Below, piece by piece: positions 10,424-19,615 of a stretch of 64,000 nt of DNA (position 1 is the stretch's first letter; each line of letters begins with the position of its first letter). A program made the position numbers and the translations under genes. Below the pieces are notes generated by a model that was not told the DNA's origin, did not search any database, and was given only the letters and a program-made list of their open reading frames with translations. This stretch comes from Bacteroidota bacterium (GTDB lineage Bacteria; Bacteroidota; Bacteroidia; Bacteroidales; FEN-979). The DNA lies in the NCBI GenBank assembly GCA_037128705.1, contig JBAXVX010000012.1:38122-102121 (forward strand). Reading direction: 5' to 3'.

Positions 10424-10440
10424 ATATTTGAATATATTTG
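10424..10440 (+). promoter_or_regulatory. Putative -7 promoter element of the polysaccharide locus
   Basis: TATATTTG at 10433-10440 fits TAnnTTTG, 18 nt before the ATG at 10459; ATATTTG is repeated 10 bp upstream. Confidence 0.55.
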
Positions 10441-10458
10441 CTTACCAAAATAAGATTC

Positions 10459-10857
10459 ATGAAGAAAAAGATACTCGCAATTGATGATGAAAAGAGTATC
10501 CGGTTTATCATCGAAAATACGTTTAATAAGGATTTCGAAGTTACTTCGATCAGTAACGGCATGGATGCCTTATTTTATTTGCAGACCGGAAATCTGCCGG
10601 ATGTAATTATTTGTGATGTTGAAATGCCTGTTTTAAATGGCTTTGAATTTATCAGAAGGATTCGTGAAAGTGGCTTCTTTGATGAGATTCCATTGATTAT
10701 GCTTTCCGGGAAAGAAGAAAGTGCCGACAAGATCAAATGCTTTGAAATGGGGGCCGATGATTATGTTCTTAAACCATTTAACCCCAAAGAACTCATAGCA
10801 AGAATCAAACGCCGGCTGGAATTTAAGGAATTATACTCGCAACGCAGAGGGAACTAG
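10459..10857 (+). CDS. Single-domain response regulator (receiver only)
   Basis: AIDDE acidic pocket, DVIICD phospho-acceptor Asp, LSG and KPF motifs; no output domain. Confidence 0.93.
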   Translation: MKKKILAIDDEKSIRFIIENTFNKDFEVTSISNGMDALFYLQTGNLPDVIICDVEMPVLNGFEFIRRIRESGFFDEIPLIMLSGKEESADKIKCFEMGADDYVLKPFNPKELIARIKRRLEFKELYSQRRGN

Positions 10858-10863
10858 TGTTTT

Positions 10864-12096
10864 ATGGATGAAGCTTCAGTCACACCTTTGAAAATTCTTT
10901 ATATTGGCAATGATCAGAAAACCATTGATCTATTCCAGAAAAGCGATTTATTTGACGTTACTCAGCTCCCGAACGGGCTTGCCTCACTTTATTTTTTAAC
11001 AAACAGTAATTTCAATCTTTTTGACCTGGATCAGGATACCCGGTTTGAAAAGGTGTATCAGCAAACGCATGCGATTGATGCAATCCTATGCGAATTTATC
11101 CTGCCGGGAATAAATGGCTTATCCTTCTATCGCAAGCTTAAACTGAACAAGGTCTATCAGAAAACTCCATTTATCATCATTTCCCTGGTCCGGGATGAAG
11201 GGATCAAAATGGAGTCATTTAATATGGGCATCGATGATTTTTATCATAAAGAATTAAATCTCTTCAATATCCATAGCCGTATTCTTTTTCTGAAAAAGTT
11301 TAAGACCGAATATGTCCCCAAGCCCATGTCGCTTCAGGATGAAAACATGACGCCGTATAAGACTCCATTGCCAAAACGCATTTTCGATGTAACCCTTGCT
11401 TTATTGGCTCTGTTGATTTTATCCCCAATTATGCTACTGACTGTTATTGCCATTTTAACTGAGTCCCGTGGCAAGGTCTATTATATAGCCAAACGGGTAG
11501 GTGCCAATTATAGAATATTCGATTTCTACAAGTTCAGATCCATGTATCCTGATGCAGATGCCCGCATTAAAGATGTGGCTCACCTGAACCAATATATTGG
11601 CGAATCGGTTGAGGCTACCTGTTCGGAATGTGATAAACTAGCTGCAGGTCAAACCTGTTCACCCATCGTATATTATGATGGTGAAGAAATCTGCGAGCGC
11701 CTTGCAAATAGAAAACGCAGCGCAAAAAAAGCATTTCTGAAAATCAAGGATGATCCAAGAATAACCCGGGTCGGCAGATTTATAAGGATGGCCAGTATTG
11801 ATGAATTGCCGCAACTCTTTAACATCATTAAAGGAGATATGTCGATTGTGGGGAACCGCCCGTTGCCAATGAATGAAGCAGAAGCACTGACGAAAAAAAA
11901 ATGGAGCCGACGCTTCAGGGCTGCATCAGGTTTAACCGGCCTGTGGCAAGTTGAAAAACGTGGCAAAAAGGGAACCATGTCTGAAGAAGAAAGATTTGCC
12001 CTGGATAATTATTATGCTGAACACAATTCTTTCTGGGGTGATATAAAATTGATCATCCGAACCTTTGCAGTATTCATTCAAAAAGAAAATGTCTAA
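10864..12096 (+). CDS. Priming phosphoglycosyl transferase (Bac_transf sugar transferase) with N-terminal atypical receiver domain
   Basis: KRIFD-membrane helix, YKFRSM, DDPRITRVGRFIR, SIDELPQL, GDMSIVGNRP and GLTGLWQV; N-terminal ~140 aa receiver-like (DAILCEFILPGING). Confidence 0.92.
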   Translation: MDEASVTPLKILYIGNDQKTIDLFQKSDLFDVTQLPNGLASLYFLTNSNFNLFDLDQDTRFEKVYQQTHAIDAILCEFILPGINGLSFYRKLKLNKVYQKTPFIIISLVRDEGIKMESFNMGIDDFYHKELNLFNIHSRILFLKKFKTEYVPKPMSLQDENMTPYKTPLPKRIFDVTLALLALLILSPIMLLTVIAILTESRGKVYYIAKRVGANYRIFDFYKFRSMYPDADARIKDVAHLNQYIGESVEATCSECDKLAAGQTCSPIVYYDGEEICERLANRKRSAKKAFLKIKDDPRITRVGRFIRMASIDELPQLFNIIKGDMSIVGNRPLPMNEAEALTKKKWSRRFRAASGLTGLWQVEKRGKKGTMSEEERFALDNYYAEHNSFWGDIKLIIRTFAVFIQKENV

Positions 12097-12117
12097 GAAC
12101 CCGATAAACAGCAATAA

Positions 12118-12906
12118 GTGGATATGAGAGCAAGATATATTATTTTAATGATTATTTTTCTTTTGAACTTTCCACTCTATTTTTTTGGACAGGGATCATC
12201 AAAACCTGGGGGTTCACCGGATTCAACCGCAACATTCAACCCCTTTGTGGATGATATCACCCTGCGCATTCCACCACTCGAAGACCTGATTGACTCTGCC
12301 ATCATGAACTCCCCGGCTTTGAGATCGCAGGATGCGGATATTGCCATCTGGAAATATAAAATTAAAACTGCCAGAAGAGATTGGATGTCAAACTTGTATA
12401 TTGACGCTCTTCTGCAAAATGACACATGGGATGCCTTGACCAACAATCAGACAAACTATGGGGATAACAATTCTGTACTTTCCACTCAGAACAACAACCG
12501 GGCATTGGCGGCCCTGAGCCTTCGCTTGCCGCTGGATGATTTATGGGATCGCAGGAACAGAGTTAAAACTGCAACAAAAGAGGTTGAGAAATCGATGGCC
12601 ATTAAGGATAACCAAATAATTGAATTGCGAAAGTTAATCATTGTACAATACAATCAGTTAATTGTAAATCAACGTATTCTTAAAATAGCCAATGATAATA
12701 TATATGCCCAGGCTTTGCAGAAAGAGATGGGCGATAAAGAATATATCAACGGGCAGATAACGCTGTATGAGTTGGCCTTTATCAATGAAATGTACAGGAA
12801 AGCAGTAACGGACTTTGAAGAATCACGGTTTGCATTCTACAATGCCTATATGCTCCTTCAGGAGATTGCTGGCATTAAGTTCAACGTAATAAATAAAATA
12901 GATTAA
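12118..12906 (+). CDS. TolC/OEP-like outer membrane protein containing a single repeat (half length)
   Basis: Signal peptide; LEDLIDSAIMNSPAL helix; LSLRLPL strand; long helices ending YINGQITLYEL...LLQEIAG, as in OEP repeats. Confidence 0.72.
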   Translation: MDMRARYIILMIIFLLNFPLYFFGQGSSKPGGSPDSTATFNPFVDDITLRIPPLEDLIDSAIMNSPALRSQDADIAIWKYKIKTARRDWMSNLYIDALLQNDTWDALTNNQTNYGDNNSVLSTQNNNRALAALSLRLPLDDLWDRRNRVKTATKEVEKSMAIKDNQIIELRKLIIVQYNQLIVNQRILKIANDNIYAQALQKEMGDKEYINGQITLYELAFINEMYRKAVTDFEESRFAFYNAYMLLQEIAGIKFNVINKID

Positions 12907-15581
12907 TGAAAATTATTTATTTCATACGATTACTTCAGAGACATATTTTACTATTAATACTCGTACCACTGATTATTGCATTGGTTGTTTTTTTACTTAC
13001 CAGGAAAAGCCAATGGTCCTATAGTTCAGAAACAACAATCTATACTGGCGTTACTTCCGGATATTCTGTTCAGCAGCAGGCCAACATCGATTTTATGGCG
13101 ACGGCTGCCTCTTTCGACAACCTGATCAACCTTATCAAAGCCAGGCAGACGCTTGAAGAAGTTTCTGTCAGCTTGCTTGCCCAGCATCTGTTACTTGATC
13201 ATTATGATCCGCGGTTTATCTCCAAAGAAAATTATGAAGATTTGCTGTTAAAAGTCCCTGCAGATGTCATCGATATCGTAAAAAAAGCCAAACGGAACGA
13301 TAAACGGTATTATCGTCCACCCTCAAAAAGAACCTCCAGTCTGGACACCGCACTCTACCAGAACGATTTGCAGGAAGAAATAGCAAGTTATTCCCAGGGC
13401 CATTCCAGCCTGAATAACTCGAAGAAATTCCATGTGGTCAGGCGGGGAGAAACCATGTACTCCATCGCTAAAACCAATGGACTGCGTGTTGATGAGTTAA
13501 TGACATACAACAATTTACAAGAAAATGACCTGACTGTCGGGCAGAAACTTATTTTAAACAACAACGAAAATTTACCTGAGGCCTCTCCTACTCCCGACGA
13601 AGGTTATGAACCGGAGCCCTCCCCTGCAAGCCAGAATTCTGGTTCAGACTCAGCTACCCGGGTTACTGATTTTTTTTACAGCAGCGACACACTCATTTCT
13701 GCTTCCCGCGGGATACAGGATTCATCCGCATTTGACAGGATTGTAAGGCGATTACTCGCCTATGGGCATCAAAACAACTACAACTTCATTTATAAACTGT
13801 GGAGTTCCGAAGATGACCGTTTTTACAGTATCAAGGTCCTTTCAACCATCGGGATTTACCGGGTCCAGAGCAGCGACCTTATTAAATTGACCTATACAAA
13901 TCCGGATCCGGGTATCTGCCAGCAAACATTGATCTTTCTGACACGTGTTTTTATCGCCAACTATAAACTTCTGAAGCAAAATCAAACGGATGCAGTGATC
14001 CAGTATTTCAAGCGTCAACTTGAAGATGCGGCCCGCCGTTTAAAGAAGGCCGAAAATGATCTGCTCATCTTTAACGAACGAAACAACATCATCAACTATT
14101 ACGAGCAAACTAAAATTATTGCTATCACCAAGGAAGAACTTGACGTGTCGCTGCAGAACAAGCAGATCTCTTTTGCCTCTTCCGATGCAGCCATTAAAAT
14201 CATTGAAAAGAAACTGGAGGCGCATGCCAAAATTTCTTTAAATACGAGCGCAATACTTCGCCTTCGGAATGAATTATCCGAAACCACGATGCAAATCGCC
14301 AATATCGAGATCGATCTGGGAAACGATTCGGCGACAATACAGCAACTCGCCGGACTTAAGTCCAGGGTTGAAAATATCAAGCTGGCAATTAAAAACAACA
14401 TCGACCGCCTGTATTTGATAACAAATACAGTTGAAGGATTGCCTACCAAGGAACTGCTGGACGCCTGGCTTAAAAATGTGATTGCCTACGAAGAAAGCAG
14501 GGCTGCCTTCAGGGTTCTGGCCGAAAGAAAAAAGTATTTCCAGCATGTATATGAAGTTTTCGCTCCTCTTGGAGCAGAAATGAAAAGGATAGAGCGATTG
14601 ATTGGCGTTACTGAAAGTGAGTTTTTACAACTTCTTCATGATTTAAGTCTGGCTAAACTCCGTCAACAGGACGATGAATTGAGAACCAACATTAAAGTGG
14701 TCGACCCGCCTTATTATCCTTTGAATCCCATCCGTTCAAGAGCGCTGTTGCTTGTTCTTGCGGCAGCAGTTGTCGGCTTTATCCTGATCGTGGCCATTCT
14801 CCTTGCGATGGAATTTTTTGATACAACCATTAAAACACCCGAAAGGGCCGAACGGTTTATTAAGCTAAAAGTCGCCGGGGTTTACCCTCAAATAGCCAAA
14901 CAAATCTATGATGTGGATATTGGGTTCATCATTCCCAGGCTTGTTGAAATCCTCGCCCAGAACATCAAATTGACTTTGGTTAGAGCAAACCTGGCTCAAG
15001 ATAAAAAACCAATCATGATCCTGCTTTTCAGCACACGCGATGCCGAAGGTAAAACCAGTATTGGGCGTGAACTCAGCAGAAAACTAAAGTCATTTGGTGA
15101 AAATGTGCTCTTTCTGAACTACGTCAAAGAAACCGGAGGAGGAACCGCCTATATGATGGGCGGAGACCTGATCCCCCCCAATGACGATGAGATACAATAT
15201 TCGATCAGAGAGAATTTCTTTGAAACAAAAGATCTGGCTTCCCTGATGGTTGGATATGAACATATTGACCTGGAAAGCATTGATTATCTTATTGTTGAAA
15301 TTCCTTCCCTGATTAACAACCCATATCCTCTGGAATTCATCCAGCAATTTGACCTGTCGTTAATCGTTACCAGGGCAAACCGCTCATGGACCATGGCTGA
15401 TAATACAGCCTTGAATGCATTCCTCCCCCTTTGTAAACAAAACACCCAAATCGTACTCAACGGGGTTGAATTGCTTTATCTGGATGATATCTTTGGAGAG
15501 CTTCCTCGTCCGAGATCAAAATTCAGAAGAAAGGCAAAACAGATTTTGACTTTCCGGTTTCGTGAAAAGAATATAATTTAG
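12906..15581 (+). CDS. Wzc/GumC-like polysaccharide co-polymerase with an inserted LysM domain and degenerate ATPase domain
   Basis: N-terminal TM, YSSETTIYTG, coiled coils, IKVVDPP, second TM, EFFDTTIK, STRDAEGKTS P-loop remnant; LysM HVVRRGETMYSIAKTNGLRVDELMTYNNL. TAATG overlap with the upstream gene. Confidence 0.85.
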   Translation: MKIIYFIRLLQRHILLLILVPLIIALVVFLLTRKSQWSYSSETTIYTGVTSGYSVQQQANIDFMATAASFDNLINLIKARQTLEEVSVSLLAQHLLLDHYDPRFISKENYEDLLLKVPADVIDIVKKAKRNDKRYYRPPSKRTSSLDTALYQNDLQEEIASYSQGHSSLNNSKKFHVVRRGETMYSIAKTNGLRVDELMTYNNLQENDLTVGQKLILNNNENLPEASPTPDEGYEPEPSPASQNSGSDSATRVTDFFYSSDTLISASRGIQDSSAFDRIVRRLLAYGHQNNYNFIYKLWSSEDDRFYSIKVLSTIGIYRVQSSDLIKLTYTNPDPGICQQTLIFLTRVFIANYKLLKQNQTDAVIQYFKRQLEDAARRLKKAENDLLIFNERNNIINYYEQTKIIAITKEELDVSLQNKQISFASSDAAIKIIEKKLEAHAKISLNTSAILRLRNELSETTMQIANIEIDLGNDSATIQQLAGLKSRVENIKLAIKNNIDRLYLITNTVEGLPTKELLDAWLKNVIAYEESRAAFRVLAERKKYFQHVYEVFAPLGAEMKRIERLIGVTESEFLQLLHDLSLAKLRQQDDELRTNIKVVDPPYYPLNPIRSRALLLVLAAAVVGFILIVAILLAMEFFDTTIKTPERAERFIKLKVAGVYPQIAKQIYDVDIGFIIPRLVEILAQNIKLTLVRANLAQDKKPIMILLFSTRDAEGKTSIGRELSRKLKSFGENVLFLNYVKETGGGTAYMMGGDLIPPNDDEIQYSIRENFFETKDLASLMVGYEHIDLESIDYLIVEIPSLINNPYPLEFIQQFDLSLIVTRANRSWTMADNTALNAFLPLCKQNTQIVLNGVELLYLDDIFGELPRPRSKFRRKAKQILTFRFREKNII

Positions 15582-15582
15582 G

Positions 15583-16980
15583 TTGAAAAAGCTACTGACA
15601 AAATTAGTCAATGATCTGAATTTCCTATCCTTAGCGGCTAATTTTTCAACCGCGATCATGGGTCTTTTATCCTTTATGATCCTGATGCGAATGCTCTCAA
15701 TCCCGGATTTCGGAAAATGGGTCCTCTTTACCGCACCTGCATCCCTGATAGACATGATGCGTTTCGGACTTAGCAAAGAAGCCCTGGTCAGGTTTCTGTC
15801 ATCTCCAACCGAAACCAATCGTAAATACTATCTGGGATCAAGCTGGGCCATCGGTTTTTTAATTCTGATCCCCATTGCGATAATCCTGTGGGGACTGACA
15901 TTCCTCATTCCAAAAGCACTGAATACAAGCGGATATGATGTTTTTTGTTATTGGTACCCCATTCTCGCCCTGATTAATCTGCCATGGAATTATGCCTGGA
16001 CTATTTTTCAGGCTGAACTGAATTTTAAAAGAATTTTCTGGATCAGATTTTTCAACCTCTGTTCATTTCTTATCATTATATCGATTGCGTACTTTGTGAT
16101 TAAAATTGATATTACAGTGGTTGTGATCATCTACCTGCTCACGAATTTTGCGACATCGGCATTCTGCCTGGTTAAAAAGTGGACCGGGCTTGAATTTATC
16201 AGATATATTTCGTTCGCTAAAATGAAGGAAGTGCTCAGATACGGGCAGTTTTCCATGGGAACCAAAGTCGGAAGCAGCCTGCTGAAAGGAGCTGATAGTT
16301 TTATCATCTCCTTCAGTGCATATTGCGGACCAATTGGGGTGGCTCTGTATGCCATTCCACTGAAATATGTAGAACTTATCGAAATTCCCCTGATCAGCTT
16401 TGCTACAACAGCTTTCCCGAAATTATCTAAGGCAAGCATGGACAATGACCCGAACCGGTTCCGGAATATTTTTTATTCCTATACCGGTATTGTTGTGTTT
16501 ATGTTCATAGGAATAGCCATACTCAGCCTTTTCCTGAACAAATTTTTCATTTTATTTATCGGGGGCAGTAAATATGTAGATTCACTAACTCCCCTTTCAT
16601 ACATCATGATGATGTTTATAGTATATTGTACCCTTTTGCCACTTGACCGCTTTACGGGAGTTGCTCTTGACAGTTTGAATAAACCGCAACGGAATTTTCA
16701 AAAGGTACTATACATGACCACTGCCAACATCCTTGGTGATATTTTTGCTGTATTCGGGATGCATTATTTGTTTCCGGCTTTACCGGTAACCACCTTGCTG
16801 TTTTTTGTCGCCATTGCATCCATTGTGTTTTCCCTCATCGGAATTTTTGTCGGGTACAGGTTTCTCCGGCAGGAAATCGACATCTCTTTTTGGGAAATTT
16901 TCAGGAAAGGATATGTTTTTTACAAGGAAAATGCCATCCGTCTGCTTTGGAAAAAACCTGTGAGAAATGAATCCAACTAA
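15583..16980 (+). CDS. Wzx-like oligosaccharide flippase (MOP superfamily)
   Basis: About 12 TM segments, RMLSIPDFGKW and GVALYAIPLK patterns; lies in a polysaccharide locus. Confidence 0.82.
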   Translation: MKKLLTKLVNDLNFLSLAANFSTAIMGLLSFMILMRMLSIPDFGKWVLFTAPASLIDMMRFGLSKEALVRFLSSPTETNRKYYLGSSWAIGFLILIPIAIILWGLTFLIPKALNTSGYDVFCYWYPILALINLPWNYAWTIFQAELNFKRIFWIRFFNLCSFLIIISIAYFVIKIDITVVVIIYLLTNFATSAFCLVKKWTGLEFIRYISFAKMKEVLRYGQFSMGTKVGSSLLKGADSFIISFSAYCGPIGVALYAIPLKYVELIEIPLISFATTAFPKLSKASMDNDPNRFRNIFYSYTGIVVFMFIGIAILSLFLNKFFILFIGGSKYVDSLTPLSYIMMMFIVYCTLLPLDRFTGVALDSLNKPQRNFQKVLYMTTANILGDIFAVFGMHYLFPALPVTTLLFFVAIASIVFSLIGIFVGYRFLRQEIDISFWEIFRKGYVFYKENAIRLLWKKPVRNESN

Positions 16981-18448
16981 TCCATTTCTTTCCAAGACCG
17001 GCGCCGACCGCCTTAAGGATCCCTTCCTCATCGGGTCATTACTCATCATGTCGGTTGGCATCGGATATATCATTGCCAAAGGTGGAATGACCATCGCCTC
17101 GGTTTTAATGGTTTTACCATTCCTGGTTTATGCCCTGAACAGGCTGATCGCAAAACCTGAAATCGGACTGACCTTTGCCTTTATCATCAACTTTATCCTG
17201 ATGGGGCTTACAAGATACCTGCCCGTCAAATTAGGGTATGTAATGGACATTACGCTCATCGTAATTTATATTGCCATTTTTTTCCATTATTTTGATAAAA
17301 AGTTCCCATTTGGTTCTGTAAAGATGGATCTGGTCCTTCTGACAATCATTTGGTTTGCTTACATCAGCCTTGAATTTTTCAACCCTGAAGCAATCAGCCG
17401 GGCAGCGTGGTTCGCAGCTTTTCGTGGGATCGCACTCTATATGCTGCTGACGATCCCCCTCGTCTTCATGCTGTTCAATACCCCACGACATTTGGAAAAA
17501 TTTCTTATGATATGGGGAGTCTTCTCCATCCTGGCTTCGGTGAAAGCCTGGATGCAGTTAAATCTCGGCCCCGACCCATGGGAACAACAATGGCTGGATA
17601 CAATTGGCGGAATTACCCATCTCATTCAGGGAAACCTCAGGGCCTTCTCTTTTTATACGGACGCCGGCCAGTTTGGCGCCGCCCAATCGCAGATCGGATT
17701 AATTGCCACCATCCTGATGCTGAATGAAAAAAACACAAAAAAACGGATTTTCTGGATTGCCGTGATGATCGCTGGCTTTTATGGTATGTCCAGTTCGGGT
17801 ACACGCGGCGCTATTGCTGTTCCCATGGCAGGCTTACTTTTATACATGATCCTGCGTAAGAATGTCAAAGTAATTGTCATCGGGGGCATCGTGTTTATGA
17901 TGATTTATTCATTTTTCCGGTATACCTATATTGGCAATTCCAACTATCAGATTTTTCGTATGCGGACTGCATTCGTCCCTGAAGATGATGCCTCCTACCA
18001 GGTCCGTTTAGCCAACCAGAGAATTCTTTCAGAGTACCTGAAGACCAGACCATTCGGAAGTGGGGTCGGCCAGTCAGGCGACAAAGCAAAACAATATTCA
18101 CCCGACTCCTACCTTGCATCTATTGCCACAGACAGCTGGTTTGTGCTGATTTGGGTTGAAAACGGGATTATTGGCTTGTACCTTCACCTGTTTATTCTTG
18201 GATTTATACTAGGAAAGGGAACGTTTATCTGCATGTTTGAAATTAAAGATCCTGATCTGTTCGTAAAGATCGGGGCACTCCTGAGTGGCGTTTTCGGAAT
18301 TATCATTGCCAGTTATGGGAATGCCGTGCTCGGACAGTTCCCGACAGGTATCCTGATATATGCCAGTATGGCTTATGTTTTTATAGCCCCTGACCTGGAT
18401 AAACAATTGCAGGAAAATGAAACGATTGTTCAACCTAAAACATTGTAA
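16967..18448 (+). CDS. O-antigen ligase / Wzy polymerase family protein
   Basis: Multiple TM segments, SSSGTRGA motif, periplasmic loop with RPFGSGVG and DSWFVLIWVENGIIG. Confidence 0.82.
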   Translation: MNPTNPFLSKTGADRLKDPFLIGSLLIMSVGIGYIIAKGGMTIASVLMVLPFLVYALNRLIAKPEIGLTFAFIINFILMGLTRYLPVKLGYVMDITLIVIYIAIFFHYFDKKFPFGSVKMDLVLLTIIWFAYISLEFFNPEAISRAAWFAAFRGIALYMLLTIPLVFMLFNTPRHLEKFLMIWGVFSILASVKAWMQLNLGPDPWEQQWLDTIGGITHLIQGNLRAFSFYTDAGQFGAAQSQIGLIATILMLNEKNTKKRIFWIAVMIAGFYGMSSSGTRGAIAVPMAGLLLYMILRKNVKVIVIGGIVFMMIYSFFRYTYIGNSNYQIFRMRTAFVPEDDASYQVRLANQRILSEYLKTRPFGSGVGQSGDKAKQYSPDSYLASIATDSWFVLIWVENGIIGLYLHLFILGFILGKGTFICMFEIKDPDLFVKIGALLSGVFGIIIASYGNAVLGQFPTGILIYASMAYVFIAPDLDKQLQENETIVQPKTL

Positions 18449-18453
18449 TATAA

Positions 18454-18594
18454 ATGGAAGGCGTTGCTGTTCACATGCTTATTGGTCTTCTCCTTTTTGT
18501 TCCGGTTGGATTTCTAACCGCAATGTATCAATATAGAAAAGCGATAGACAAAGCCAAAGAGGAGGAGCATCGTCGTGAGATGATGAATAAATGA
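18454..18594 (+). CDS. Small 46-aa single-pass membrane protein (not in the ORF track)
   Basis: Translated by hand: MEGVAVHMLIGLLLFVPVGFLTAMYQYRKAIDKAKEEEHRREMMNK*. Starts 5 nt after the upstream stop, has an AT-rich start context and fills most of the intergenic gap. Confidence 0.65.
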   Translation: MEGVAVHMLIGLLLFVPVGFLTAMYQYRKAIDKAKEEEHRREMMNK

Positions 18595-18636
18595 TCTATT
18601 CCATCCATGGATTTTAAACCCTGATCACCTGATTAA

Positions 18637-19584
18637 ATGCAAAACATGCTGACCGAAAAACCCCTTTCAAGTTACCCGCTTGTCTCCGTGATTACGGTCA
18701 ATTACAATCAGCCGGAGATTACCTGTGATTTTCTTGAATCGATGACCCATATTACCTACCCGTCGATCGAGATCATTGTTGTTGATAATGCTTCTCCAAC
18801 CAAAAATCCTGATATTATTCTGGAAAAGTATCCCAACATTACTTTGATTAAAAGTGATCAAAACCTGGGTTTTGCCGGGGGGAACAATCTTGGCATCCGG
18901 GTGGCAAAAGGGAAACACATGTTACTGATAAACAATGATACGGAAGTTGACCCGGGATTTCTTGAACCGCTCATTGCCAAATTAGAGAACAATCCTGATA
19001 TAGGTGTCGTCAGTCCTAAAATCAGATATTTTTTTCATCAGGACACCATTCAATATGCCGGGTTTACCCCCATTAACCCTATCACCATCCGGAACAACAG
19101 CATTGGATTTAACGAGATCGACCATGGGCAATATGACGCAGATGCCCGGACGAATTACGCATTTGGGGCAGCCATGGTCATTCCGTTAAAGGTGATGAGG
19201 GAGGTGGGCCTGATGGCCGACATCTTTTTCCTGTATTACGAAGAGATGGATTGGATGCAACGCATAAAGGACGCTGACTATAAGATATTTTATGTGCATA
19301 ATTCCCTGGTTTTTCATAAAGATTCGATCACAACCGGGACCATGAGCGCTCTTAAAATATTTTACCTTAACCGGAACAGATTGCTTTACATGCGGCGGAA
19401 TGTTCATGGATGGAAAGCCATCTTATCCGTAATTTATCAGATGAGCATTGCCATCCCGAAAAACATCACAACATTCCTGTTAAAAGGACAGTTCAAGCTA
19501 TGTTCCGCATATATCAATGCCGTGTTCTGGCATCTGAAAAATTTGAACAACAAAGAATTGCACGAAAGTCCGCATCTGAATTAA
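18637..19584 (+). CDS. Glycosyltransferase family 2 (soluble, WbbL/rhamnosyltransferase-like fold)
   Basis: VSVITVNYN, VVDNAS, NLGFAGGNNLG, LINND, FFLYYEEMDW. Confidence 0.92.
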   Translation: MQNMLTEKPLSSYPLVSVITVNYNQPEITCDFLESMTHITYPSIEIIVVDNASPTKNPDIILEKYPNITLIKSDQNLGFAGGNNLGIRVAKGKHMLLINNDTEVDPGFLEPLIAKLENNPDIGVVSPKIRYFFHQDTIQYAGFTPINPITIRNNSIGFNEIDHGQYDADARTNYAFGAAMVIPLKVMREVGLMADIFFLYYEEMDWMQRIKDADYKIFYVHNSLVFHKDSITTGTMSALKIFYLNRNRLLYMRRNVHGWKAILSVIYQMSIAIPKNITTFLLKGQFKLCSAYINAVFWHLKNLNNKELHESPHLN

Positions 19585-19615
19585 ACTTCATTCTGAATCA
19601 TACTGAAACTGTCCA

